From positions 2,604,001 to 2,668,000 of the forward strand of contig OZ218961.1 in the NCBI GenBank assembly GCA_965112735.1: a stretch of 64,000 nucleotides of DNA. Direction: 5' to 3'. Every line of letters begins with the position of its first letter. Positions within the stretch are counted from its first letter, which is position 1. The position numbers and the translations under genes are program-made. The DNA is from Phaeosaccion multiseriatum. Its lineage: Eukaryota > Protista > Ochrophyta, other classes. Positions 38,486-51,840 of this stretch are shown here, piece after piece. The notes under the pieces were generated by a model. It was not told where the DNA came from and did not search any database. It saw nothing but the letters and a program-made list of their open reading frames with translations.

Positions 38486-41400
38486 CTAGTTCTGCACGCA
38501 CGTAGAATCACCACTACCCTGGTCGAAGCGACACTCCAACTCGTCCTCACAAGTGTTACTTGACCCCCCCACCGACGCCACATTGACATAGCACGAGTCA
38601 TCCACGGCGCCGCGCGGACTGCACGTGTTGGTGTCCATGGGGCAAAACACCTCTGGAGAGCCAGGAGGGCCAAGTGTGTCGCACGTACTGAGTACAACCC
38701 TCGCTCTTCTTCCAGATTGGATGATGCGATCACATGCATCCCCAAGGACACCCGGATTGCTGCAAATGTTGCTGTCCGTCAAGCAAAACAGACCTCGCGC
38801 ACAGGTGTTGATTGTACCCGCACCCCCTATGCTGCTATAGTCAATTCGTTCGCATGCCTCCCCAACGGCCCCACGAACAATGCACGTCTTGGCGTCCGGC
38901 GAACAAATCAGCCCATCCTCGCAGAAGTCGATTTGACCACCGGCAAAGCGTTCGCAAGCCTCTCCAATGGCAATCTGAGATGGAGCAGCAGTCGTCGGAG
39001 CGACGGTTGGAGCCAACGTGGTGGGTGCCGTCGTTGGGGGGGCAGTGGGAGCAGCTGTCGTCGGAGCGGAGGTTGGAGCCATCGTTGTGGGTGCCGTCGT
39101 TGGGGAGGCAGTGGGAGCAGCTGTCGTCGGAGCGGAGGTTGGAGCCATCGTGGTGGGTGCCGTCGTTGGGGAGGCAGTGGGAGCAGCTGTCGTCGGAGCG
39201 GAGGTTGGAGCGATCGTTGTGGGTGCCGTCGTTGGGGAGGCAGTGGGAGCAGCTGTCGTCGGAGCGGAGGTTGGAGCCATCGTGGTGGGTGCCGTCGTTG
39301 GGGGGGCAGTGGGAGCAGCTGTCGTCGGAGCGGAGGTTGGAGCCATCGTTGTGGGTGCCGTCGTTGGGGAGGCAGTGGGAGCAGCTGTCGTCGGAGCGGA
39401 GGTTGGAGCCATCGTGGTGGGTGCCGTTGTGGGAGTAGAGGTGGGAGGAGCTGTCGTCGGAGCGGTGGTGCTCGGAACCTGAGACAGAGGATGAAGCGAG
39501 GGCAGTGGGCGAGCACGCGCAGAACGGTGGGTGGTGCATCATCGTCATCTTCAAGCCAGCACGCCCGGGTCACCACAGTAGCAGAGATGCAAGCAACAGC
39601 AGAGCGAGGCAGAGGGGAGAGCACAGGAGGGTGAACCCAACCCACTGCCACGTCACGACAAACATACCGGAGTCGGTGGGGCAGTGGCGTCAGTCGGAGG
39701 TGGGGTAGGTGGTGTGTCGTCGGTTGGTGGGCACTCATCGAAGTTGCCGAAGCCGCAGAAGCGGCATTCCTGGCCTAGACCAGCAGCGTTGCATCCAAGG
39801 CCTATGGCGCGCGCATGTCGACAGCAGTCAGCAGCGGGAGAAGGGGAGTCAGGGTGATGGAGGGAAGCAGGCGGGCAAGGTGAGGAGTTGCTCGCTGGCT
39901 CGGGTCGAGACGGTTACGGGCCGAGCGAGGATGGGGACGGGTGGAGTGGAGGAAGGGGAGGCGAGCGGGAGAGTGGATAAGGGTAATACTTACAGCCGCG
40001 AGCGTCATTGGCACAGTCTAGACACGAAGGGTCGACAACGCAAGTTGACGGTGCATGCACGTCCACACAGCGGAGAGAGCAGTCGTCGTCGCTGGCCATT
40101 GGAGCGCTTGTTGTTGTCGGGGGGGCAGTCGGTCGCGCGGTGGGTGGAGCAGTGGGTGGAGCAGTGGGTGGAACCGTGCGGGCCGTTGTGGGGGTGGCAG
40201 TGGGCACCTGGTGAGTCCAACGATGGAGCGAGGACAGCGGGCGAGAGAGTAGAGGGTGAAGATGATATCATGGCCAGGGGCAGAGAAGACGTGACGTGTG
40301 TCACTGTCCAGACGAGGCAGAGGGGAGAGCACAGGAGAAGGAACCGAACCCACTGCCACGTCACGACAAACATACCGGAGTCGGTGGGGCAGTGGCGTCA
40401 GTCGGAGGTGGGGTAGGTGGTGTGTCGTCGGTTGGTGGGCACTCGTCGAAGTTGCCGAAGCCGCAGAAGCGGCATTCTTGGCCTAGACCAGCAGCGTTGC
40501 ATCCAAGGCCTATGGCGCGCGCATGTCGACAGCAGTCAGCAGCGGGAGAAGGGGAGTCAGGGTGATGGAGGGAAGCAGGCGGGCAAGGTGAGGAGTTGCT
40601 CGCTGGCTCGGGTCGAGACGGTTACGGGCCGAGCGAGGATGGGGACGGGTGGAGTGGAGGAAGGGGAGGCGAGCGGGAGAGTGGATAAGGGTAATACTTA
40701 CAGCCGCGAGCGTCATTGGCACAGTCCAGACACGAAGGGTCGACAACGCAAGTTGACGGCGCATGCACCTCCACACAGCGGAGAGAGCAGTCGTCGTCGC
40801 TGGCCACTGGAGCGCTTGTTGTTGTCGGTGCAGCAGTCGGAGGAGGCGCAGTTGTGGGTGGCGAGTCGTCTGGGCACGGACCAAAGTCGCCGAAGGAGCA
40901 GTAGCGGCATTCCTGCCTTAGTCCAGCAGCGTTGCACCCGAGGCCTGTGGCGGGCGGGCCGGGTGGCGTGTTTCGAGAGCAGTCAGCAGCAGCAGGAGTG
41001 AGGGACGGACGCGGCGAGAGAATCGTGGAGGGACAGCGAGGAGGTTAGTCTAGGACCGACGGGAAGGAAGGAGCAGTCCTCTCATGGAGAAGAAGTGCCA
41101 ACTCACCACCACTCGCGCAGGAAGCATCCTGGAAGCACGGCTCAAGGGGGTTGATGTCCAGGCAGAGGGCAGAGCAGTCACCATTGTCGCGGCTCGGCAG
41201 AACTCGTCGTGCCACTTGCGGTACACCTCCATCCGCAGACGTGAGCTGAAGACATTAGCAGTAGGCAGCAGGCGGCAAGCAAGGAGCAAGAGTTGGAGGG
41301 ATCGGGTGAAAAGAGCTGTGAGAGAACTCATAGAATTTCGGGTGCCCAGCAGCCAGCAGCAGCAAGCAATCCTTGACTTTATGCTCTAGTCGCTCACAGC

Positions 41401-41621
41401 CGGCCAGAGCCACAGCAGCCGGCACTTCATGGAGGAAGGGAGGGAGGGGTATGAGGGACCCATGAACTGGCCTGTCGTGCTGGGACGGAAAAACCAAACC
41501 AATCCCCGCCGGCCCGCCAGTGGCACCACCCCACCAGCAAAACAAAGCAAGGAAGAAAGAAGAGAATTACTTCTACCTGATAGCTGCTACTCAGCAGCAG
41601 CAGCATCATCGGGAGCTTCAT
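38486..41621 (-). CDS. Extracellular-type Cys-rich/mucin-like protein: three 'C..D.SC...LGCNAAG...ECR[YF]C.FG.F..CP' modules, Thr/Ala/Pro stalk, four C-terminal Cys-rich repeats (start uncertain)
   Basis: Spliced exons give GLGCNAAGLRQECRYCSFGDFGPCP and 2x LGCNAAGLGQECRFCGFGNFDECP; final exon has PTTAPTTMAPTSA repeats and G[ED]xC...C..GL.C....C repeats. Confidence 0.7.
38990..39440 (-). repeat. 60-bp coding tandem repeat (~7 units; PTTAPTTMAPTSAPTTAAPTA[SP])
   Basis: Near-identical 60-nt periodicity in sequence. Confidence 0.9.
39606..40828. repeat. Near-identical direct duplication with 708-bp offset (~39606-40120 vs ~40314-40828) covering exon-intron-exon
   Basis: ORFs at 39709 and 40417 are almost identical; the intron sequence is also conserved. 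Confidence 0.9.
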
Positions 41622-42879
41622 TGCAGCCTTCGTAGGTGACTACCGGGGCCGCACTCCGCGCGTGGCACTGTTTCGTTTGTCACGGTTTTTTTGAGCTCTC
41701 TGCACCCGCCGGCGGACAACCAGGGAAACTTTGGCTAGGAGCCGTCGGAGTGCGCTGTTGAAGTACCCTTGTGTGATTTACAGGCACAAGCAACAAGCAA
41801 ATGTGAGAAAAGGTGAGAAGGCAACAAGAGGCAGGCGTGGCTGGGACAAATGATGAGGAACGCCACTACTAGCTTGTGAAGGACCCTCCCTCCCTCCCTC
41901 CCTCCCTCCCTCCCTCCCTCCCTCCCTCCCTCCCTCCCTCCCTCCCTCTTTGGGGTGTTGCTTCTTGTGATTGACGTGTCAATGCGCCGCGCCTCTGCGG
42001 GGGGCGGGTGCCACTCAGTCACCATGGAAGACACTAGAAAAAAAGGAATAAGAAGATAGGACCCACAGAAAACCTTCCGTCCCCTCAACCCCTACGGGAG
42101 AGGCGTTGCGATAGCCTGTTCGACGGTTTCGTACGAAGGGCTGTTGGCATCATTAAGTGTGGGTAGTTATTAACCCCAACCCATCAAGGCCCAAGGCGGG
42201 GAAGGAAAGCAAGGGCTGCAGAAACATGATCAAATTTTACACGTTACAATTGTCGCTGCCTACGCACCTGCCTGCGTGCTTGCCAGTCTACCTGCCTGCT
42301 GGCCTGCTTGCCGGCCTGTTTGTCTGCTGCTTGCCTGCCTGCCGCTAACTTACTGAATACACTGGGCCTTGGGTGGGCCTTGGGAGTGTGGGAGGCGAGG
42401 GGAGGAGCAACGTACGGGTGGGAGGTGAAGTCATTGACAGACAGTGAAGTCTCCGTCTTCGTCTCACCCGCTGTCCCGATAAATCGCATCCCATTCTCTC
42501 TCTCTCCCTCCCTCCCTCCATCCATCCATTCCTCCCTCCCTCCCGCCCTCCCTCCCTCTCTCTGTCTCTCGCCCTCTCTCATTCTCCCTTTCTTTCCGTC
42601 CCTCTCTCTCTACTGCTCTCCTTGCTCTCTCTCAAAGCACGCACCTCTCCACTCACAATTGGCCTGCCAATTTATGGTGGTCTCCTTCCTTCCTTCCTTC
42701 CTTCCTTCCCTCCTTCCTTCCCTCCCTCCCTCTCTTCCCTTCCCTTCCCTCCCTTCCTTCCTTCCTTCCTTCCTTCCTTCCTTCCTTCCTTCCTTCCTCG
42801 CTCGCTCGCTCCCCTTGCTCTCCCCTCGCGCCCTTGCTCCCTCCCTCCCTCCCTCCCTCCTCTCTCCCTGTCGCTCTCC

Positions 42880-45800
42880 CTAGTGCATACGTGCCATCTC
42901 CTCAACACGCCTATACACATCCTCCACCGTCACCTTGCACAGCATCGCCTGCGTCGCTCCTTCGCTCCCACCACCACTTCCACCTCCCTCTCCTCCCCCT
43001 CCCTCTCCACCTCCTCCTCCTCCTCCTCCTCCCCCTCCTCCTCCTCCTCCTCCTCCTCCGCTAGCACCATCACCAATAGGAATGCTGGCGCCAGTGATCC
43101 CTGCCTGCGCACCCTCTCGCATGACCTTGACCACCTCCTCCTGCTTCTCCCTACCGAGGTCAACGAAGGTCTCAATAAGGTCTCCGTCGAGCATGTGCAT
43201 CGCTTCCGCCTGGCGACGCGTGGAGTAAAAGGACCGCCACTCCGTATGAGTGAGCCCTCCCACCCCCTTGGTCGCCTTGCGCAGCGCCGTTTGAAGGCTC
43301 CGAAGCACGGTATAGTTGGGCTTGGAGAGAGTCAGGATAACTCCAACCATCCCAGAGACGGTTCCAAAGAGCACCGGCTCGCCCACGGTGAGAGGCTGTT
43401 GTACCACCAACTGCTGCCCATCACCGCCACCGTCACCAGCACCAGCACCAGCACCAGCAGCACCACCACCACCACCACCGACAGCAGCAGCAGCAGCAAT
43501 GGCAAGTGCCGACCCGACCGTTTCAGTGGGTTGCACCACCAGGGACCCCTTGACAAATCGATTGATAAACTCTCCGATATGGTACTCTCCCTGCAGCTCC
43601 AGCCGCACTCTCTCTTCCTCCGTGGCCGCATCCGCGTTTCGCCTCACGGAAAAGATGTTGGAGTCGTTTTCAGCCACGACAAAGTTGTCGTCATCAAACA
43701 TCTCCACCGCGGTGACCCAATTGCAGTTTAAATCACGAGCCAGTACCTCCACCTTACCGTCCACATACCCTGAGCCACTCCTCCCCGCCATGGCCTTCCC
43801 TCCTCCTCCCCCTCCTCCCCCTCCTGCTGCTGCCGAAGACGAAGCCCCCCCCCTCCCACCACCACCACCCCCACCCGTAGACTCCTCTGTCTGTCCCTCC
43901 GCCTGCCCCTTCCCGTTGCCGTGCCCCTGCTGCTGCTGCTGAGCAGGCTTGTATGTGAGGAGAGTCACAGATCGCATCATATCACCAACCAGGATGAAGT
44001 CTCCCCGTGTGGCAATGTGCAGAGTGACGGAGTGCACCTGGCGGGTGGACTCGGGGACAAGATCCACCATACCTGAGGAGGGCGAGGAGGAGGAGGAGGA
44101 GGAGGAGGAGGAGATGTGCGGCGTATAGGTAACATGATGTAGCAGGCAACATATGTCATTGGAACACAAGTGGGACACGTAAGAGTACGTACATGCTCCA
44201 TGGACAAGTAGAGCAAGGCAAAGGATGGATTGATGGATGGATGGAGGTACCGAGGACCTGTACCCTACCCTACCCTACCCTACCTACCCTATCTTACTCT
44301 ACCCTACGCTACCCTACTCTACCCCTTACCCTACCCTACCCCACCCTACCCTACCATACCCTACCATACCCTACCCTACCCTACCCTACCCTACCTTACC
44401 CTACCCTACCCTACCCTACCTTACCCTACCCTACCCTACCCCACCCTACCTTACCCTACCCTTACCCTACCCTAGCCTACCGTACCCCACCCTACCCTAC
44501 GCTACCCTACCATACCACACCCTACCCTCCCCTCCCCTCCCCTCCACTCCCCCCCCCCCCCCCCTCTCTCTCTTACTCACCATCGCTGGACACCTTCCAC
44601 CTGTACAGCTGAATCATATTGTTCACACCAACGAGGAGGCGAGGCCCAAAAGCGCTGAGGCAGTAGGCGGACCCCTTGATGGCCTTCTCCGCCACAAGTC
44701 GCACCTTCCTCTCCGCCCCCTCCCCCTGCACGGCAAACACCAGCACTCTGCCCGCCTTGGGTTCGAACTCGTCTTCGATGAGGAAAGCGGTGCCCACCGC
44801 GATTTGCTTCTCCGATGCTGCTGTATCACCAACTGCTGCTGCTGCTGCTCTTGTTCCTCCTGCTGTTGCTGGGCACAGTGAATTATACGGGTAAAAAGGA
44901 ATACACACATGGGACGTTAAGAAATCACTATTGAGTGGTGTGTGACGGTGCGTACACTACGTCGGTATACGTAAGAAGGAAGAAGGGAAGAGCGAAAAAT
45001 GGAAGATAGGACATGAACAGCCATGTGGATGGATCGATGTGCGGCTGAGAGAGACAGGGAGACAGACAGAGAGAGAGAGAGAGAGAGATCGAGACAGAGA
45101 AAAAGAGAGAGGGGGGGAGAGACAGAGAGAGGGACAAGGGAGAGCGAGAGAAAGATAGAGACCGCGATGTGGAGAGACAGAGCCATTACGGACCGACGGA
45201 TACCCAACCCCTTCCTTCCTCCATCGATTGATTCATTCGCCCCTTCCCCATCCTCAGCCACTCCCTTGCCCCTGTCCCATGCAATTCCCCTCTCCCTCCT
45301 CCCCCCCCCACCAAACTCACCTCCTCCCTCGGGCCTCTCCCTCTCCCCCTCCTTCTCCCCTCCCCCCTCAACGTCCGCTAGCGAGACAACCGCCATGCTG
45401 GAGGCAAACTCAAGCGGCAGCAGGGCATGGCAGTACACTTCCTCGAAGCTTGTGTCGTCCAAAAACCGCACAAAGTGTTGCTCCATCTCGTCTTCTTCTT
45501 CTTCCATGTCGTCCTCTTCCTCCTCCTTCTCGTCGTCGCTGTCGGCATCACTGATATCTTCCATATAGCCTTCCTTTCGTGCTGCTTTCTTACTCCCCCC
45601 TCCTCTTCCCCCTCCTGCCGCTGTAGCTGTTGCTGCTGCAGCAACCTTCTTCGAGTCCGACTCTGGCAACTCCGGGAACTTTTGCGTCAAGAGTCCGTAC
45701 AACCTTCCGTGGTCATGATGGCAGATTCTCCGTGGCTGCTCCCCGAGACGCACCGTCCGAATGTGGAGCTTCTGGATGTCATCGACTGTGCCAATTGTGA

Positions 45801-46406
45801 GGCTGGACTCGTCGGCCAGGGCGAGGCAGTCGGGAAAGGGCTCACTATTGAAGGGGCAGGCGCTGTTCACCTCGCCGATGTTCACGTTGGCGTAGAGGAG
45901 CTTACCGTCGCTAAGGGGAGGGAGGGCGGGAGGGAGGGAAGGGAGGGGAGGGAGGGAGGGACAGAGGGAGGGGGGTTGAAAAGGTTCGTCTGCGATTGGT
46001 CCTGGCCTGAGGTTAGCGATTTCAGTCCGATAGAGAACTGGAACTGAAACCTGCGGATAGAGAACTGAAACTAAATCCTACCTGCCGAACACGACGGTGG
46101 GGCGGTCGCTGGAGACCAACACACAGAGTGCTCCGTTGCTGACAAAGCACGTCAGAGCCAGAGGTTGAGTGCCAAGGGCAACCTGATGAGGAACGAAGGA
46201 GGGAGGGAGGGAGGGAGGGAGGAAGAGAGGGAGGTAGAGAACGAGGGAGAGAGGGAGGGAGAGAGGGAGGGAGGGAGAGGGGGATGGGAGAGACAATGAG
46301 AGATGGTGAGAGAGAGAGTCTCCGTCCTTTCACCTCCTCTTCGGCCCTCTAACTCAAAAACTGTTAAAAAAAGGACCAAAGCCGAAACAACAGCCCGGCC
46401 CGACAC

Positions 46407-46438
<32 letters not shown>

Positions 46439-49400
46439 TACACACACACCACCTACGTACGTACCTTCTTCTGCGCCCCAAGCACCGGCAGCCCCCCCGG
46501 GGTGCCTGGCGCCTCCCCCTCCTCCGTGAAGGTAAGCTGCATGGACACAAGGTGGCCGTCTCCGAGGCCGACGAACAGAACGTGGCCGTAGTCACCGCTC
46601 TGGCATGGGCAGAGGGAGGGAGGGAGGGAGGGAGGGATGGGTTGATTGGTACGGAGGGATGGCAAGCATTATGGGCCCCTCCCCTCCCCTCCCTTCCCCT
46701 CCCCTATCCGCCTGTCCCCTCTACTACCCTCCTCTCCCCTCCACTCCGCTCCCCTTCCCTCCCCTCCTCTCCCTTCCCCTCCTCCCCTCCCCTCCTCTCC
46801 CCTCCCCACCCCTCCCCACCCCCTCTCCTCCTCCCCTCCCTCCACACCCACCTCCAGCGTCGCCAAGGCCACAGAGCGTGCCTGCATGTCGCCCCCAAGC
46901 GACACTCTTCCCACCTCCGTCAAGTCCGGGAGGCGAAGGAGTCGGACTGACAGATCGTTCCACAGTCCCACTGCCACCAGAGAGCTCAACTCAGACGCTT
47001 TTCCCTCCCTCCCACCACCTGAGGTCCCCTCCTGCTTTCCTCCTCCTCCCCCGTCAACATCCATGGCTTCCACTGGGTCGGACTCTGCTGTTGCTGCTGC
47101 TGCTGTATCACCAACTGCTGCTGCTGCTGCTGCTGAGGTATTGGCACTGGGGTTGACTGCGACGCAAGCAACTTCCTCCTCCATTTTGTGCTGAGCTACT
47201 TCAGTGAGACACTTGCCGGAGACGTCAACCTCTAGGTACACCAAATTGCTACTCACATTGCAGAGGGAGAGAGAGAGGGGAGAGGGAAACAGTGAAAGGG
47301 AGAGGGAAGGAGGGGGAGAGACAGAGAGAAGGAGGCAGAGAGAGGAGAGAGGGAGGGAGAGAGAGAGAGAGAGAGGGAGGGAGGGAGGGAGGGGGGGCAA
47401 GGACAGCGAGGGAGAGAAGGAGTGTGAGAGAGGAGGAGGAAGAGCGAAAAGAGAGGATGCAAAACCTGCCTACCCGCCAGCCCCACCCTCACTCACGCCC
47501 CCACTCACTCATTCACTCACGCACCCGCACACTCACTCACTCACTCACTCACTAACTCCCTCACGCACCCCCCCACTCACTCATTTACTCACGCACCCCC
47601 ACACTCACTCACTCACTCACTCACTCACTCACTCACCCTCCTGCGAGCACGACTACGACGTGTTGTTCATTGGCAGCAGCTAGTGTGATGCTTCCTCCGG
47701 CCTCGGGGCTCCATTGACTTACGCTCTGAGGGGAAGGACAGGCGGAAGGAAGGAGACGGGCAGGGGAAGGGACAGGGAGAGTGGGATACAACATGAGAGG
47801 CGACTGAGCAGCGAGAAGGTACATGCCCACACCGCACACATGCCCGCAGTGTGTGTGTGTGCGTGTGTGTGTAGTGAGTATGTGTGTATGTATGTGTATG
47901 TGGGTGTGTGAGTAAGTATCAAATGTACAAACCAAAACTAAACCACGCAACTCCTTCCACCCCCTCCCCTTCCCCTCCCTTCCTCCCTCCATCCATCCAT
48001 CCATCCCTCCCACTCCCCTCCACCTCTCCCTCCCTCCCTCCCTCCCTCCCTCCCTCCCTCCCTCCCTCCCTCCCCCTACCCTACCTTGAGTGTGCCTGCA
48101 TCCAGCACGACCAAGCCGCTCTCCGCCACATGCACAATCATGTCCCCCTTCAGATTGTGACACAGCACCGTCCTGCCCGGCAGTAAGTCAGCAATGTCCA
48201 CCTCTTCCATCTCGTCCCCCTCCATACCGAGCACCCTTGTCTCTGAGATGAAGGCCTGAACGAGGTACTTGTCGAAGGGAGAGGAAGTCGAGGCACGTAG
48301 AGGCCACATGCCTGTGTTGTGTGTGTGCGTGTGTTGTGTGTATGTGTGTGTGTGCGTGTGTGTGTGCGTGCGTGCGTGCACATGTGTGTGTGCGTGTGTG
48401 CGTGCGTGCATATGTGTGTGTGAGAGAGAGGCATTGGAAGAGGGAGAGAGGGTGTGTGTATGGGGTTTGGATGCGTGTGTGTCGTGTATGCGTTAAGTGT
48501 GTTGTTGTTGTTGTTGTTGTTGGGTGTTTGGTGATGGGTCAGTCAGTCCGTCAGACAGTGAGTCCGTCAGACAGTGAGTCCGTCAGACAGTGAGTCCGTC
48601 AGACAGTGAGTCAGTCAGTCAGTCAGTTAGTCGAATGGACAAGGGAAAGAAGTACAAACGCCGATCCATCCCCAACAAACGCTGCGCTGGTGATCCGGAC
48701 CACCTCAGAACTGAGCAAGACCGACCCTCCGCCACGACACATACTCACAACACACCTACGTAAGTCTTAGGTGGATTCCCACACAAACACACACACACAC
48801 ACACACATACACAATTACGTAATTCTAAGGTTGATTCCCACAAGTCAATATATTTACCCTCAGCACCCCCATCTCAAGGCGGTGCCCGGTGACTGGCCGG
48901 CTGGCCTTCGCTTCCCTTACCCTTGATGCCCGGAAGGTCCACGGAAGCTTGTTCGTTGATGCCAATACCGTTACGGATGATGCGGAGAGAGCCGTCTTTC
49001 TGGTTGCCACTACATGTCACCAGCTGGCCCTGACCCTGCTCGGAGGAGAGATACGGAGGGAGAGAGAGAGAGGGAGAGAGAGAGAGAGGGAGGGGAGAAA
49101 AAGAGATAGAGAGAGAAAGAGAGAGAGCGAGCGAGAGAATAGACAGAGAGGGGAGGGGAGAGAGAGAGAGGGAGAGGGAGGGGGAATGTTGTCAAGTCGT
49201 TGGCCTTTGATGTCAGGAGACCCCCCCCCCCCCCGTATTTGGTGCGTGTGACCATGGGCGTCGTTCCTCCATGAACTGCCATCTGTAGGCCACGCACGCA
49301 CTCGCGCACTAACCTGACGCTCAACGTCAACGAGACACATGTCCACAATTGGCCCCAAGTTGGTGAAGGTTTGCAACACCTCCAGCCCCTCCTCCCCCTC

Positions 49401-49700
49401 CCCCTCCCCCTCCCCCTCCCCCTCGCCTTCTGCTGCTGCATCATCCATCCTGTCTCCTGCTCCTTCTCCTGTATCACCAACTGCTGCATCCGACCGGTCC
49501 ATCTTGACAACGGCGCTGTCCCCAAAGGCGCTGCCGATGAAGGCGGCCCCGTTGTGCAGATAGCTGATGCAGGAGGCGCTGCACGTATCGCCGAGCTTCT
49601 CAATGTGAATGGTCTCCACGTTGCGACCGTCGTCAGCGCTACTTGGCGTCAGGACCACGACGTGCAGGCCTGCGGAAAGTGGAAAGAAGGTGTGTGTGTG

Positions 49701-49760
<60 letters not shown>

Positions 49761-50434
49761 TGTGTGTGTGTGTGTGTGTGTACGTGTATGTGTTTGTGTA
49801 TGCGTTTATGTGTGTATATGTGTGTGCGTGGTCGTGTGTGTATGCGTGTGTGCATGTGTGTGTTTGTGTGTATATGTGCATGCGTGTGAGAGAGCATTTG
49901 ATTGTGGACGAGTACAAACAAGAGCAGATGCACCTTCTCTGACAAGGAAACACACGCCCCCCCCCCCCCCCCACACACACACACCCACCCACCCACCCAC
50001 ACACACACATAAACACACACACACCCACACACACACTCACACACACACACACACGCACACACACCCACACACACACACGCACGCACCTCCCCAGTGATCT
50101 CCCATGAGGAACCTCTGCCCAAGGTCGTCAATCTGACCCACTGCTGAGATGACACTGAGGGGCATGCTGGCAGCTTTGAATGCGTCATTACGGCCGTTCC
50201 AGTACGTCACCGTCTGCTCGCCGATGAGGAGTACGCCAACAAAGGGGGGCGGGACAGCCACCAGGCTGGCGCACCCGTCTTCGACTCTCTTCTGCGACCA
50301 GGGACCATTGGCTGGGAGGAGAAGGGGGAGAGGGGAGGAAGAGGAGGAGGAGGAGGGGGAGGAAGAGGAAGAGGAGGAGGGGAAGGGGGGTAGTTGTAGT
50401 TGTAGTAGTAGTAGTAGTAGTTGTTGTTGTTGTT

Positions 50435-50492
<58 letters not shown>

Positions 50493-51840
50493 TAGTAGTA
50501 GTAGTAGTAGAAGCAGCAGCAGCAGCAGTAGTAGGAGGAGGAGGAGGCGGGGGGGGAGGAGGAGGAGGAGGAGGGATAGGGGGCAATGAGAATTCGCTGT
50601 CACGTACTACGCGAAATCATCTGCGTCCTGGGTGTTTTTTATCCTTCGTCCCCTCCCCCCCTCCCTCCCTCCCTCCCTCCCTCACTGTATCACCAACTCA
50701 CCCAGCTGCTTCTCGCGAAGATTGATGGTGTATGTCTTAACGAAGCGGTCGCTGCTCGTGTCCTGGAAGAGTACAGCTATGGTTGGCTTGGTGTGGCCGT
50801 GGAGGAAGCACATGTGAAGGACGGAGAGCTCCTCCTGGGATGGTTTGGGAGGGAGGGATAGAGGGAGAGGGAGAGAAGGAAAGAGAGAGGAGAGGAAGAG
50901 GGAGTAGAGGAGAAGGACAGAGATATAGGGAAGAGAGAGAGGGCGAGAGAGGGAGGATAGAGAGAAGGAAAGAGAGAGGAGAGGGGGAGGGAGAAGGAAG
51001 GGCAAGGGTACAGGGAGAGGATACAAGAATGTGGAGAGTGAGTGAGACGGCAAAGGGGGGGAGGGATCAGCGAGACGTACCCCCCATGTCCGTGCCTAGG
51101 CTCTCACTACTAACCAGCCTGAGGTTGAAAGACTCCCGCAGGTTTCCTCGGGTATCCATCGGGATGATCTGTGGGGCGTTGTGTTGAGCAAGAGACGAGA
51201 GAGGAGATAGGGTCGGACAGGGTATCGGCCACAGCAGGCATGCCAGAGGGAAGAGAGGCAGCTATCGGGAGAGAGAGAGAGAGAGGGACAGGGACACACG
51301 CACACACACATACACACACTGGGAGAGGGAGAGGGAAAGTAGGCCAGAAAAAACTGGAGAGCATTCCCCAAAAACGAAATTGAAAAAAAGGAAGCTCTCT
51401 CTGCCTCTCTCTCTCTGCCTCACCTTCAGAGCCCCTTCATAGACATACATGGCAAGCATACGGCTCAGGGGGTCCACGAGGGCCAGCCTACACGTCTCCA
51501 CGGCCCTGCCGATGCGGTCACGAACACTTGCAGTGGCCTTGGTGAAGAGCTCCTTCCGCTCAGGGTGGTAGCCCATCACGCTCAGCTGGTACTTGGCAGT
51601 GACCACGTACAAGGTCGCTTGGGACTCTCCTGCCACCTTGAAGAGGCCCGCTGCCGCAATCTTACCGAAGATGGGCACGTCGTGTAGCAGTACCAGCCCC
51701 TCCTCCGTGACAAGGTGGATCTCCAGCCGAGTGGAGCGAGCCAGGATCAGGTTGAAGTCATGGGGCGCGGTGAAGTTGCCCGTGAGGCTGTGCGTCACGG
51801 CCGTGGGCTTCTGCGCCGTCACCACGTAGCTCAGCGCCAT
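42880..51840 (-). CDS. DDB1: DNA damage-binding protein 1 (CUL4 adaptor), multi-exon, with low-complexity insertions
   Basis: [117 protein letters not shown]. Confidence 0.97.
44262..44530. repeat. Imperfect (CCCTA)n / (TAGGG)n pentamer array inside a DDB1 intron
   Basis: Seen directly. Confidence 0.9.

Noticed and set aside
44262-44530. Telomere or chromosome end
   Set aside because: Imperfect TAGGG array inside a DDB1 intron with intact exons on both sides.
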